Origin: Anthoceros angustus
Lineage: Eukaryota; Plantae; Anthocerotophyta
Assembly (NCBI GenBank): GCA_010909165.1
Contig: MU008188.1
Span: forward strand, 682,001-746,000
Reading direction: 5' to 3'
Length of the DNA: 64,000 nt
In this document: in pieces, positions 37,883 to 50,102 of the stretch
Layout: every line of letters starts with the position of its first letter
Position numbering within the stretch: position 1 is the stretch's first letter
The notes under the pieces: model-generated
What the model was told of the DNA's origin: nothing
The model's database searches: none
What the model saw: the letters and a program-made list of their open reading frames with translations, nothing else
Position numbers and translations under genes: made by a program

Positions 37883-39975
37883 TCTTCTTGCTTGCTCTCG
37901 CTTCCACCTCGATCCTAATTTATAGGCAGCAGCCGGAGGAAGGGAAAGAGCACGCGCAAGGTGAGGCCACCATCTCCTGCTACTGGGTGGGAGAGCGGAT
38001 GGAGCGTGAGGGGACCAAGGCTGCCACATGGCCCGGGAGGTGAGAGCTGGAAATTTCAAGAAGACAGTGAGGTGGAATTAGGACCCTAGGAGAATTGGGT
38101 GCTTGTGAAGCACTCACCGTGGTGGATTTGAAGGGGCTAGGGACCTAGCAGCCTCCTTGTGGGCATCAAGAGGAGGTCAAGGCCCAAGACATGGCCGGAG
38201 GGCAGGACCAAGTGGCAATTGGAGGCCATGGAGTCCGATGAAAAGGCAGCCAAGCCGAAAAGGTCAGAGAGCTCCAACGCCACCTCATGGATGAGCGCCA
38301 GAGCAAAGTCCTAGCCGGTACTGGCCCAAAATTCCTCAAATCCTCGACCGAATGAAGTCAAACCGAGGAACCTTCAATAGCTTATACTGCTTAAAAAGAG
38401 CGTGAAAGAAAGTATGTGAATAATGTCGTAGTAGACATGTCTTCCCACCTAGTTTTCCTCAAGGTGTGTCTTTGGGCCCGCTTTTTGAGGGGGTGTTTTG
38501 GTCCTTTGCTTGCCTAGTCCCTTTTTGTGGAGAATAACCCCAAAGCTGAGAGATCGTTAAACATCATTTTGACGTGGAAGAAGCAAGGTGCATGAATGTC
38601 CTCAGGCATGGGGGTCGTCAAGCAACCCAAAGCGTCACCAAGTGAATAAGGCACATGACGCTCATTTCATGAAACACCGCTTGGCGCGTGAAAGCGGAAT
38701 TATTCGACATACGGCCGAGATGAGGGAAACCACGATTGTGAGATGGAACAAGTGGCGTGCTCGCACAACCCGACCGCTGCTCCAAGTGAATCCCAGCTGG
38801 AGACCACGCAACGGGCGAGGGCAGTGTGGGGAGGATAGGCCCGAGTATAAACACCCGCAATGATCATGGGGACGCCAGAGAACCAAGGGGTTGGGTTCTG
38901 CCTGCATGGCGGTCTGGATTGATGGCGAGTGGCGCGGATGAGGGCGTAAGACGGCGGTGTGGGGAAGGAGGGGAGATGAGGGTGATGAGGGCGCGGGTGG
39001 ATGGCAGAACGGGGGACGATGGGGTNATGGCAATTGGAGCCATGGAGTCCGACGAAGGCAAAGCTGGAGAAGGTGGAGAAGCTCTGATCTCGTGGACCAA
39101 CGGAGAGCGAGAAGGTCCTAGAGGGAGGTTGTCACATCGAGGAGAGAGCCATTCGGCAACAACCCAACGGGACTGGAGGCGTATATGGAAGAGCATTTTG
39201 CCCGCAGAGCAAGAGAAAGGGCAAAAGAGGCTCTAGGAAGGGAGAAGGTTATCCAACAAATGGATGGACAAGAGCAGTGATGGCTACCAAGCCATCAAGA
39301 TCCGGACATGGAAGAGGAACTAAGGACCCGCTCAATTTGAAGAGAAGCTGAGCTAAAGGCTCAAGATAACAAGAGCTAGAGCGCGAGGGAAGTGAGCAAG
39401 TGGAGAAGGAGAGACTTGCCAAGCAAGTGGCCGAGCTGGAACAAAGGAGGTTCCAGAGGAGAGCACCACAAGAAGGTGGTGCATGGATGCCGGTGGTGAG
39501 GAAGAGGAGATTTTGGGCGCATTATGCCCTTCAAGCAAAATTAGCCAACCAAAGGAAGCAAGGGAGGAGAATGACCTCCATGTCGGTGGGAGAATTGACC
39601 GCAAGGGACGCCTACAAGGGTAGGTGTGAGGATGGAGAGTGGCCCACGGAGATTGATGATCTCCAAATCACAGCTTAGGGGCTCACCTCCATAATAGGAT
39701 TTTGAAGGCCAACAATGAGGTGTTACGGTTGGCCAAGAGGAGGACAATAGGTCCTCATGATGATGACAGGAAGGAGTTGCAACAAGTGCAACCGGAGGCC
39801 TCGGACTTTGATGAGGTCGCGAGTGACATGGACTCCGAGGAATCTGAAGAATCGGAGGGCGAAGGAGAGGCCGCGACGCCAAGGAGGAAAGATGGCGCGG
39901 AGAGTAAGGAGGGGGGACAGCCCGCCCTCACAGGGGGTCACCCTACCACGGTAGGTGACCAGCCTACCACGGTAA
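37883..39975 (+). repeat. Element 2 3' LTR, third fragment (rest of accessory ORF); contains an assembly N
   Basis: Resumes with LASTSILIYRQ (compare VSTFLVHLYR), then a coiled coil (EKERLAKQVAELEQRR) and a GHPTTVGDQPTT tail like family 3 GDEPPT. Disturbed between ~38290 and the N at 39026. Confidence 0.55.
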
Positions 39976-40139
39976 GAAATACAAAGGTACACAACTAGGA
40001 ATAGATAATGAATAAATTACTCTCCACCTGAACCATCATGTAAGAGTAGCTTGAAAGTCACCATCTACATGATGGTGAAAGCTAGATGTAGCAATTAATA
40101 TGCTTTGAAAACAACCAAACACATGTATACATAGGCATG

Positions 40140-41270
40140 CATGATCCACTAACAAGTATGAATATAAATCTGTGACGTCGCTTGGTGAACTCGGACAAAG
40201 GGAATGGTGGTGGAGCACGATTAGCCTTTGGAATCCCGAGCCTAATATGAATGTACACAAAAGCTACCGCAGATGTGGATTCTTGGATCAAACAAAGATA
40301 ACCTTAATACGGCTGAAGTAGGATGGATGGTAAGTATCTTCAAGAGCCTTGTGTATTGATATGAAGCTACCAAATCTCAAAATAGATTTTTAAACTCAAA
40401 ATCTATCATACTTTTTTGGTGAAGATTTAAGAGCTAATGTGTAAAACTTGCTTGTTTATACACAAATAGGTGTCCCCGAACTCATTTTTGGATGCAGAGC
40501 CACATTTATTTATCTATTGGACGGTTAGTGATTTGTATAGAAAATATATTTCATTCAATATCCTTGCACATGTTAATTCAACTTCATGACTAACTTGACT
40601 TGTTTCAGGGTGTTGATGCATGGATGGTTATCAAACAACGGGATGTTCCAATCTAGATTGCCCAGATTTATTCAAACTAAGTGCAGCCTATGTTCTTGGT
40701 GGTACTTTTGCTGGCAATTATGTCGGCACAAGCTTGTTGTCTATCAACAAGGTATAATTGTATCATTTGTATGTTATTTTTTTGTATTTCATAAAATTTT
40801 GAAGAATATTTCTTATATAAATATGTGATAACCGTGGAGTTCCACCTTTTTCACGTTGGGTTGTGTATATATGTGTCAATGCTAATGCGGATTTGTGGTT
40901 ATACATCGAGTCCATACCTATAGGCTATTGGCCAAACAACATTTATACAGAAGGCCTTCTACGTGATGGGCTTGCTACCGAAATACAATGGGGAGGTGAA
41001 ACAGCAATGACAACTCCACAATCGCACGAGCAATGGGGAATGGGCGATTAGGTTCCATGTGCAGGACCTGCCATGTGGAGTTGTGATACCCATATGGCGT
41101 TGCACTCTAAGTTTGATAAACATAATAATCCCTTCACACGATGCCAAAGATTTGATCATGATACAAACAGATCTTGCACAATATGATTCAAAAATCTTCT
41201 ATGATGTCAAAGGTGGTGATTGTTTAGCGGAGGTACTTGACGTTTTTTGGTGGCCTGATATTGAACTTGA
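40140..41270 (+). CDS. Neprosin-family (DUF239) glutamic peptidase catalytic domain, multi-exon; 5' end not found
   Basis: Exon to 40329: ISLWNP..QMWILGSNKDNLNTAEVGWM|gtaagt. Exon 40470-40523: ag|VSPNSFLDAEPHLFIYWT|gt. Exon ~40609-40751: DGYQTTGCSNLDCP..YVLGG..INK|gt. Last exon: LWLYIESIPIGYWP..QWGGE..MGNG..FFGG. Confidence 0.88.
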
Positions 41271-42449
41271 GAAGGGCCAAGACGCCATCTACTTTACAAA
41301 ATTTCATGTCTTTTGATGTTTTTAACGTTATGAATCGGGTTCAATATTAGGAAATAAGTACCACGAATGTGGTCATACAAGTTCTTTTCTTGAAACTATT
41401 TATCGTCAAAACCGATGCTTGACCCACATTTTCTTTCTACATTAAATATTCCTCATTGTTTTATTGTGTCGTCAAAACAAGTTAACGTCATTTTCCTTTG
41501 AAATGAATGTGTTGTGTATTAGCTGATATGGATGTGTGAACGTCATAGACACTTATAAACGGGGTACGTAAGATACTGTAATAGATTGTAGAACATGCAT
41601 AGCATTATAGGCTATTTTATTCACATATAGCGATTTCACATATGTAAACTTTAAACAATCACTCTGCATGATAAGGTAGCAACTGTGTGAGGCCTTCCGA
41701 CAGTATTGCTTGGTCAGAGTGCATGTAGGGATCCATGAGGGTATAGCACTAGGTTGCAATCTTATGCAGTGCAGGTCAGAGTATGCGTGTGCAGGTCAGT
41801 AGCAGAGTATGTAGCCAGATTCCAAGGTGTCACCTTCCCGCTGTTGTGCATTAGAGAGCACAAAATTATAATCTGTTGTTGCAACACCAGGCCCGGATCC
41901 TCCTCCCATAAGTGGTACTGTCAGCGCCATGACAACCATAGCGAGCCACATGAACTTGAGCGATGCCATGGCCATGGCTTGGGCCTGGATCCATATCCCA
42001 ACTTGCTACACGTGTCTTCCAAGATTTTGACATCGATGCCTTCCCTTAAGGAAGCCACCTGTGGCCGTCTCCAGATGATGCATGCATCCAAGGTTCTTCT
42101 TACAACACGATAAATTTGCAAGGGGGTGAATATACAAACCCTCTTCGATTGGGGTCGGACCCTCTTGCACGCATGCAGCCCCATTTGGAAACCGCCTTCT
42201 GACGTTATATTGAAAACAGCGGGGAAATTCAGAAGTTCATATAGTGGCACACGACATGCCTACAACATAGTTTTCAGTTCATTGTTACATGGGCGGCCCA
42301 CGTCACTGTCGTTCATCTCAACATCCAAGCCATGGACTTCAATGTCCCGAACCACTGGCTGGCTGATTGTACAACAAAAAAACTTGATCAAGTAGGACCT
42401 ATAGTTTCAACCTACCTACTCTAAATCGGAGGAATATGAAGTGGGCTCA

Positions 42450-43582
42450 TTGCGACTCATGAGCGCTGAGCCGTCACGACATTATGCTGTGATGTCCAGC
42501 AGAACATTGCTTGTGATCGTTCCGTCTCTCTTAAATCCATTGTTTTCTTCCAGGGCTCTGTCGTACTCGTCTCCTCGCTGGACTCCACCCCAGTGATTGC
42601 TCCCAAAACATTCAAAGTCTGCTGTCCACGTCTAAAGCTCTCCAGATTGTTCTCATCATTCTTTTTCGCGATGAGGGGAACCACTAAAACCATCCTTCTC
42701 AACATACTCTTCGCCCAAAGGGAGGGGCCTCTCAGGTATCAGTGAGCTCTTCTTTGCGTGCAGTAGGACCTCGTGCCCATGGATGCGTTGCGAATATAGC
42801 ACGCACACCTCAAGTCGCCTCGATGGCGTCTGGTGGCGTCCATAAAGCAAAATTTGCCAAAATGGTTGTCCAGCTCCACGAGCATGCTCCGTGGCCAGGT
42901 CTTCCTGTGAAAATGTCTTTATGAGCTTCATCATAGGCCAGGAGGCCTTTAGTGCAGACATACCACCGAGCATCGTTAGAAGGTAAACACGCTTTTCACC
43001 ACGTGTCATACTTACCAACCTCCCGTTGTTAAACATTAATCCATGGCATTCGGCATCATCGTGGCCCTATCCTTGGAACACCGTCCTTCACACCACCCTC
43101 GATCACGTACTCCACGGTTTCAAACCCTCCTTTGTCATTGCTCATGTTTGTCTTGGCATACAAATGAACCATACCTCCTTTCACTGCACCACTTCCTCAT
43201 GGGCTCTCTATGTGTGGGCTTCCTCCACACACCATGCATACTTGATAATCCGATACTCTTAGCATGTAGTTTTCTCCCAAAGCTGGAACCTGTACTCATA
43301 CTTGTGATGTCCATCCTTTTGTCCATAGATCCTATATCAAAACCTCGGGGACATCCATGATCAACAGGGCATAGTTTCGTCCTCTCAAATACCCCGCATA
43401 TCCATTTTGGTTTTCGACGATGCCCTGTTTATTATACATGTTGGGACATTGAATCTGAAAAGCGGCTTCGGATCTTTGTCGGCCAAATCTCTTTGCTCAT
43501 TCTCAAGTCCTTCAATTGTTCACTTGAATATAAAATGTTGGAAATCTCTGCGCTTTGTGTGAGGTTGTCCACATCCTTGATT
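42450..43582 (-). CDS. Beta-class amino (N6A/N4C) DNA methyltransferase-like domain; 3' exon of the ParB-MTase gene (frameshifted in this assembly)
   Basis: Catalytic-type motif NYALLIMDVP.GF at ~43376-43340, then C.H(Q>*)RPPGL.MKLIKTFSQE.DL....GAG.TILA....GRH..AIE.D at ~42960-42810. Matches the N6_N4_Mtase pattern DPPY...HPTQKP..LI...S.EGD.VLDPF.GSGTT...GR..IG.E.D. Confidence 0.7.
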
Positions 43583-43652
43583 CTTGCGTGAAACACAAGG
43601 GAATTAGAACGCACGCCGTCACGTTCGGGTAGAGGCGGCCGGCGCCCTCCTC

Positions 43653-44601
43653 TTGTTGAGAACAGCCCAAGGGCGTGGGGTTATGGGGCCGCGAGTTTTA
43701 CCCCTGCTGTGCATGATTGATCCGACGGAATGCCCTGAGCTCGCCAGCCTGGACTGGAAGAAATTCAGGGCAAAGACATATGTCATGGGTGTCCTGGGTG
43801 GGAACCACACATATGCAGCCATGAAACATTTGGCAGACATCTCACCTGGGAAAAAACGCTTCCAATATGTGGAGACACATGTGTACTGTGGCCTCACTGT
43901 GCAGGAGATGAGAGTACTCGCAACCGATCACAACATTATGTCGGACAAGCGGAGGAAGATGTCTTTTATAGAGCAAGTCAGGTACCTCAGGGATGAACTA
44001 TTGATTGCGAAACGCGAAGGGGTACAAATGACGATGACTTGGAAATTCAACTTCTATAAGGTTCTGAACTTATTAAGGATGATGAGGCCCGTAACGACGA
44101 TGTGTACAAACAAAACAAGGTGGACAACAGGACTCATATCTTATGCATAGCGAAGCAGGAGGGCAAAGTGTGGGAGAATATAGACAAGATCTTCTCAAAG
44201 TGGGAAGCTGGTGACCTGCCAGAGTAGAAGAGGCACAGCGCAGTGGGCACAAACAAGAAGGGAAAAGGGAAACGGAAGGTGACCGAAGAGTCGAAGAAAG
44301 TGGATGCAACATATGTGAAGCCGGAGGACATGTTGGCGAAGCCATGGAAGTCGTTTCAAGGTATTCCAGCGGGTGATTATGGTCAGCAGATTCTCATATC
44401 CGCTACGGAGAAGGTTCTGGCAGGCCTAATAGATTTGAAAGGGATGGATGACGACATTACCTTGCGAAAGAAATTCCATGTCATCCAAGTTGCTATGGCC
44501 AAACACTTGGGATGCTCATCGTTCGAGGAAGTCGGCTAGAATATCCACATCACTCCACTGACGAAATGCTAGCTCGGTTTCAGACTCAATTCGCGGGAAA
44601 G
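43653..44601 (+). CDS. ParB/Srx-like domain core plus helical linker; inverted exon of the minus-strand ParB-MTase gene
   Basis: VLPLLCMID..YVMGVLGGNHTYAAM..VYCGLTVQEMRVLATDHN..MSFIEQVRYLR (VLGGNH at 43791-43808); ends at donor aag|gtatgg (44602). Confidence 0.68.
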
Positions 44602-44661
44602 GTATGGGGGTGTCAGTTGTGCTTTGTGTTTTCCTCTGCTTGGTATGCAAATGTTTTGGGC

Positions 44662-44717
44662 AATCGGAATGGTAGGAGGGAGGGCGCCGGCCGGCGCCCC
44701 TCCCTACCATTCCGATT
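44662..44717. repeat. Near-perfect palindrome/hairpin at an inversion breakpoint
   Basis: aatcggaatggtaggagggagggcgccgg|ccggcgcccctccctaccattccgatt. Related core at 43632-43650, 45198-45221, 45303-45326 and 57748-57762. Confidence 0.9.
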
Positions 44718-44744
44718 CTTGAGACACGGAATGGGCGGTCTCAC

Positions 44745-45643
44745 CCGTGCCAAATAGTTCGTCCATGCTTCATCCACCCTTCTTATCTGAGCGTCAGGTG
44801 TTAGGTGCGACGCAGGACGTAAATTCTCCAACTTCACAAGAACTGTCTCAGGCACAACCTTCTTGGCGTAGGCAGATTCCCTGATGCGTGTCGGCGGGTC
44901 CTCATCCCGGATAGCGTCTTCCAGTCTTCCCTCGTATGTCGTGACATGAACCGTGCGGATGTCAAGCGACACTGCTCCCTCGGCTGTGCCAGCTTTGCGC
45001 CTCTTTCCCCTTTTCCCTGTCTCTAGTTCTTCGCCCGCGTCATGACGCCACCACTAGGATCATGGCGGCACTCCGCTTCCCAAGACAATAAACGGAGGCC
45101 CGGCGGAAGGCGCTGCCCTCCGGCCCCTTCATCGTCATTCACGGGCTGTATGGCCAGCTCCTCACCTGTTTCGGGCCTACCTGTCGAGGCTGACGCTGGG
45201 GCGCCTGCCGGCCGGCACCCCAACCCATCTGCGGCATTTGGGAACTGGACAAACCAGTTCGGATTGGGTGTCACCATGTCCTGGACACCTCTTCCCTGCT
45301 GGAGGGCGCCGGCCGGCCGGTGCCCTGATCCTGATTGAGGATCATATCTAGCTGTCGGGACCTCCATGGACTGCCCAGGCATATTGTAGTCGAACATGAT
45401 GCACGTCCACTTTGCTCTACAGGCATAAGACTCTTCCAAATCATCATCCAGAACATCGAGAATCGACCCATCGTCCTCATCTTCTGGACCCAATTCACTC
45501 CCTTCAGGGCTGGGTGCCTCCTCCTCATGCTCTTGGTGGTGAGCAGTACTCCGTCTCAACGCCATAACCCTCGTGCTCCGGCCTGGGCATGTAATCTTCG
45601 CTTTTACGGAGGCGGATAAAAGCTCTTCCTACTTGAGTAGCCT
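44745..45643 (-). CDS. Upstream exon of the ParB-MTase gene: acidic low-complexity region and ParB N-terminal segment
   Basis: Acceptor ttttgttttgcag near 45643; ORFs 45023-45565 and 44613-44972 (LVKLENLRP...QIRRVDEAWTNYLAR) followed by donor gtgaga at 44744. Confidence 0.6.
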
Positions 45644-45814
45644 GCAAAACAAAACACAAGATTCCACAAAAAGGGTTATGCGTCAACGTTGCTTCCAGGA
45701 AGATGACACAGTGCATTGTTGCTAAAATCCAAAACCTTACCGTTTGCTCTCATCTGCAATCTCGAAACAATTGAACCAGCCTTGATGGCTCACATTTCTT
45801 TATGACAAGACCAT

Positions 45815-48800
45815 TGTGGAACGAAGAATTTTGGTCACCCCAGACGCGGAAGGGGGAGGCCCGGCGTAGGATGGGTTGTCAGTAGGTGGGAAGTAGGTAG
45901 GACGATGAGAGCAGTGGGAAGGTGGTCGGACGTCCAGGGGAAGTTCGGGGTTTGAGTGGTCAGTGAACTCGTGGGAGGATCGATACGGTAGGAAGCATGG
46001 GTAGATAGGAGCATATATAGGCATGATAGGTTCGAGTTCCTTGGACCATGGAATATTCGGGGATAAGAAGTTCCTTGAATTATTTAGATCGCATGGCTAT
46101 ATATGCCAAAGAAAGCTAAGTTGTAAATAGAAAATAGCTACGGGAGTTTTGCCGGACACGTGGCGACCATCGAGGAGGCGCCATTAAGCGGTTGCATGTA
46201 CACCAAATCACAGTTAGCAGTTTGAGTGGCGTTTTCGGCGTGACTGGCGGGATGGCGGCCGAAGAGTAAGGAGCTTACGCTCGAGGCGGGCGACTTGAGG
46301 CGATTACAGCGCGTGTCGGAGGGCCTGGAGGCGACAAGGGAGGCGGCAGGCGCAGCCGCGCAAGGAGAGAAGCGAAGGAGCGCATGCTGCTGAACAGTGT
46401 CTTGGTGAGAAGCTGAAGAGAGTCGGAGAGGGTCCAGAGGGCGTGGAGATGCTCAAGCGGAGGTGGGGAGGCGTGTTGGCGAAGGAAGAGCTTGGGCGTG
46501 AGGCAGCGGGTGGAGAAGCTGGAGGGAGATTGAAGGGCCAAGGCCACCTCTTGGCGGTTGTGTGGAGGCGGGTTGGAGGCACGGAAGTTTTCCCCTTGTC
46601 ATCTCACCCAAACCACCACTTCTTTGCTCACCACTCTCTTAGCACGATAGATTACTCTCCAATCTCTCAATTTTGCTATCCTTGTGTGCTCCCACATGCG
46701 GATGGTGAAGATAGTGAGGATGGGATACTCCAGGAGGAAACCTCCAGCCACCACACAAGGGAAAGGAAGAAACACCCAATTCCAGGAGTTCGAGTGTAGG
46801 CGCTCCAAATTTCACCTCGAGATTTGGAGGCGTTAGGCTATCTGAGATGAAGATGGAATGGCTGTACTTGGTGCACAGGTGGCACTTCGAGCCACCTTGG
46901 TTCGGGGTGTCTTGTGACAGATGAGAGTGACCAAGGCGGACGGCCAGCGGAGGATCTGACGGTCAAAGTCATCACAGGATGTGGAAGGTGCGACATTTCG
47001 GGATCGTGCGATCTAGGAAGCCCACAAGGGAGGGATCATTCCGGTATTCGATTCTCCAAGAATCGGATCCGGAGGAGGTTATGGTATGTTCCTCGACCAA
47101 AGGAGGAAGTATGGTCGCAAGGCAATGGGTGGAGGATCTCTAGCAAGGAAGTGGAATTTATTCGCCAAGATATGGCTAGGACGTCTTGTGGCGAGGAAGG
47201 CGTGCACAGGAAATTCCATTTAATGATGATGTATGAGATGTCTCGGAAGTTGGTGGATTGGGCCACCATTACGTATGAACAGCGGTTGCGAACCATTTGG
47301 TGATGGAGGGAGCAAGAATCGGTTTGTCTCTACCTTCCTCGTACACCTATATCGGAGGAGGAGGTTCTTACTGACTGGAAGAAGCCAAGATAGAAGCTAC
47401 TCAGTGAGGGTAGTGGAAGGGAGCCATCGCGGCCCGGAGAGGATGAAAGCAGGCGGAGGCCCCGGGTAGAGGCCACCACCACCCATGAATGATGGCTTCG
47501 GGATCGAGAACCCAGAGAAAGGGAAAGGGCCATGAAGCACCTCCTACGGAGGAAGGAGGAAAGATCTGAGACCACCTACGGAGGTTGAGGATTGGTGCCA
47601 ACAACACGGTGGTAGGGAGTGAACCCCCTGGTGGGACCCGGGAGGATGGAGGACCTACGGTGAGCTTCCTCCTACCAAAGAGGTAATGTAACGACTTGTT
47701 AGCTGATGGAGGCGGGTGGCGGAGCGCCGAGGCGTTGGTGACCTCACACACGCAGGAGGAGGCGATGGGAAGTGTTTGAGCGGTAGGCATCCTCTGAGTG
47801 ATTCTTGGTGAAGGAAGTGGGCAGGATCTATGGACGCCCTAGTGGACCCGTGTCGGGAGGTGGCGAGAGTTCGTCTTGAACTTGAGACCTCTGAGGAGGG
47901 GAGGATCAGGAAATTGAGGAGCTCGAAAACCACCTCAGAAAGCAACACTCCGTGCTAGATCGGCCAAGGCGGCGGGATGACCAAGTTGGTGAATGTGTGG
48001 AAATGATTGACCCGGGTCTTAGGCGGGAGGCAAAATCAGCCAAGAGGGCTGGAGTTAGGCGCCGGGAAGGAGGCGGAAGAAAAATTGGAAGCTAGCAAGG
48101 GTAGGAGGCATCGAGCAGCGAGGAGGAGGCGGCATCTAGAGGCCAATGGGACCTTGAAGACGAGAAGGACCTCCTACGAAAGAAGTTAGTCGCCATGGAG
48201 CAACGGAAGGAGCATTACAAGGGAAAATATGACAGCTTGGAGAAAGAACGACAAGGATGGGACAATGTGACCAAGGGTCACAAAGAGGAGCTTCGTATTA
48301 CGAGAGAACTTTTGGAGCAGCAACGCAAGAAGGCCGACGATCTTACCCACGCCTATGAGACGGAGGCAAGGAACTACCGGAAGGAAGTTTTAATGGCCCA
48401 ACGATCTTTGGAAGGTCTGCAGGTCATTCGAGGGGAGCAGGCGAGGGCGACTGCGGCCATAGTAAAACGCATGGCGATGGAAGCCATGGAGAAGGATAAG
48501 GAGATTGGGAGACTTGCCCTGGAGTTGGAGGGAGCGGTAGTGGAGACAAAGGCCGCATTGGTAGGAGTGACAAATCAAAGCCGGTGGGACGAAAAGGCCA
48601 TCCCACTAAGGGTCCGTGATCATGGACGACAAAAGAAGGAGAGTAGTAGGGTGGCGACCTATTACAACAACCTCCTAGAAGCGATTGAGGAACGCCACAA
48701 AGGAGGACGATTAAGAAACAGACCTCACCGCCCCGACAGCGGAATGGCACCGGAGGTCAAAACTTTGAGTGTACAAGGAAAGGCAGTGGCGGACACAAAC

Positions 48801-50097
48801 AAGCAAGTCAAGAAGCACCACGGCGACGCCAAGAGACCTCCGAGACGGTGGAGTCATAGGAAAAAGATGGTAGGATGGTACCAAAGTTCCTACTGTAGGA
48901 ACTGCTGATGAGGAGGAGGACCTCAAGGAGGGTACCTCCTACGGTGAAACCCAGCCGTGGAGGGAAGGAACCCCATGGAGATCCGAAAGGTAGGAGACGA
49001 ACCGCCTACCAAGAAGACGAAGATGAGGGGAGGAACCCATCGAGGATGAACGAGGAGGAATGGAACCTCCTACCATGGAGGACCTACCAGAGGGGCCGAG
49101 GTAGAGCATACCAGTAGTCCCGAGAAGACTCTCGAGGAGGCAAGGCTAAGCGACCCATCAAGGGAAGACATTGAAGCCGCGAGGCGAATAAGAAAGAACG
49201 AGGATGTCAGAGGACCTTTTCTATAGGACGTTTTGTCCCAAGTGGTACACCTTGGGAAGTGTGAGTATTTAAGAGTGGCGGCAAGATAGACAGATAGGAT
49301 ATTCGTCAAGGTGAGCCGGACCGAGCCGAGAGGATGAACCAAGGGATAAGGATCCTATTGTTGGACTTGGCAAGTCGCCTAGCATTAAACTAGCACGAGT
49401 GACCAATGACTCCCCACCTATAAAGGGAGGGTGGAAGATGAATAAACACCGCTTGCTTTGCACTTTCTTTCCTGCCATCCCTAGCTGACCGCCAAGCCGA
49501 CGAGAAGGCTAAGGGTGGGGTTCTCGAGGCCCCTCGCTGGGGTTCGCCAACGCAGTTCCTCCTCGGAAAGATTGCTGGATATGCTTTGTGTTGTTGCTGG
49601 CCTCGCAGGGATCGGCGCCGACTACGCCGCGCTGTGTTTGTACACGCAATCGCCCGAGAGAAATACCCGCCACGCCACCCTGTGCGCTTGTGTCGCAAGG
49701 AGGCGCAACCGCTAACGCTACGGTAGAGTTAGATTTGGGATCGAATGAAGTGAGTTTCATGTGTGTGGATTTGAACTATGTTTTGAGAATGGTGAAGAGG
49801 TTGGCAATGGTGATGTGTCGTTGTAGAGTGAGTTGATTAGAAGGGCAGGAGAGTGTTGGGGATAAGAAGGAAATCGAAGGCGTGGAGCGGGCCAGTAACC
49901 TGAACGATAACACCCGCTTGTTGCCCATCCGAGGACAAGTAGACCGGCTGAACGATGAGGAGTGAGAGAGTGAGAGGAACGACCGCAAAAACAATGCCCA
50001 AACCAAATCTCTTGGGATCTGTAACCTACGTGACCAACGCATCCGTGATAAGTGTACACCGAGGCGGCGCCTCCGGGTGACCGGAAACCGTCTACAA
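45815..50097 (+). mobile_element. Solo LTR of the element 3 family (~4.3 kb) carrying the accessory ORF
   Basis: Colinear with both element 3 LTRs; starts TGTGGAACG; no PBS after it; flanks ACCAT (45810-45814) and ACTAT (50098-50102) form a 4/5 target-site duplication. Confidence 0.92.
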
Positions 50098-50102
50098 ACT
50101 AT

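Larger units (their letters stand above)
10934..39975 (+). mobile_element. Ty3/gypsy LTR retrotransposon, element 2 (outer element, interrupted by element 1, element 3 and a copia)
   Basis: LTR end ...ttttcctaccaCA at 11626 plus PBS; gag-pol 12330-18160; PPT and TGTGGA at 18206; 3' LTR fragments at 18206-19143, 33660-34330 and 37883-39975. Confidence 0.75.

Noticed and set aside
38180-39110. Duplicated gcaattggag(g)ccatggagtccga segment (~38215 and ~39030) with unrelated sequence between
   Set aside because: The second copy starts right after the single N at 39026, so this is most likely a contig-join artefact.
1-39975. Many minus-strand Pro/Ser/Leu-rich ORFs in the ORF track
   Set aside because: They are antisense shadows of purine-rich plus-strand retroelement sequence and carry no motifs.
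42450-44601. Bacterial or phage contamination explaining the ParB-MTase
   Set aside because: The gene has GT-AG introns and is interrupted by a plant LTR with a near-TSD, so it resides in the plant genome.
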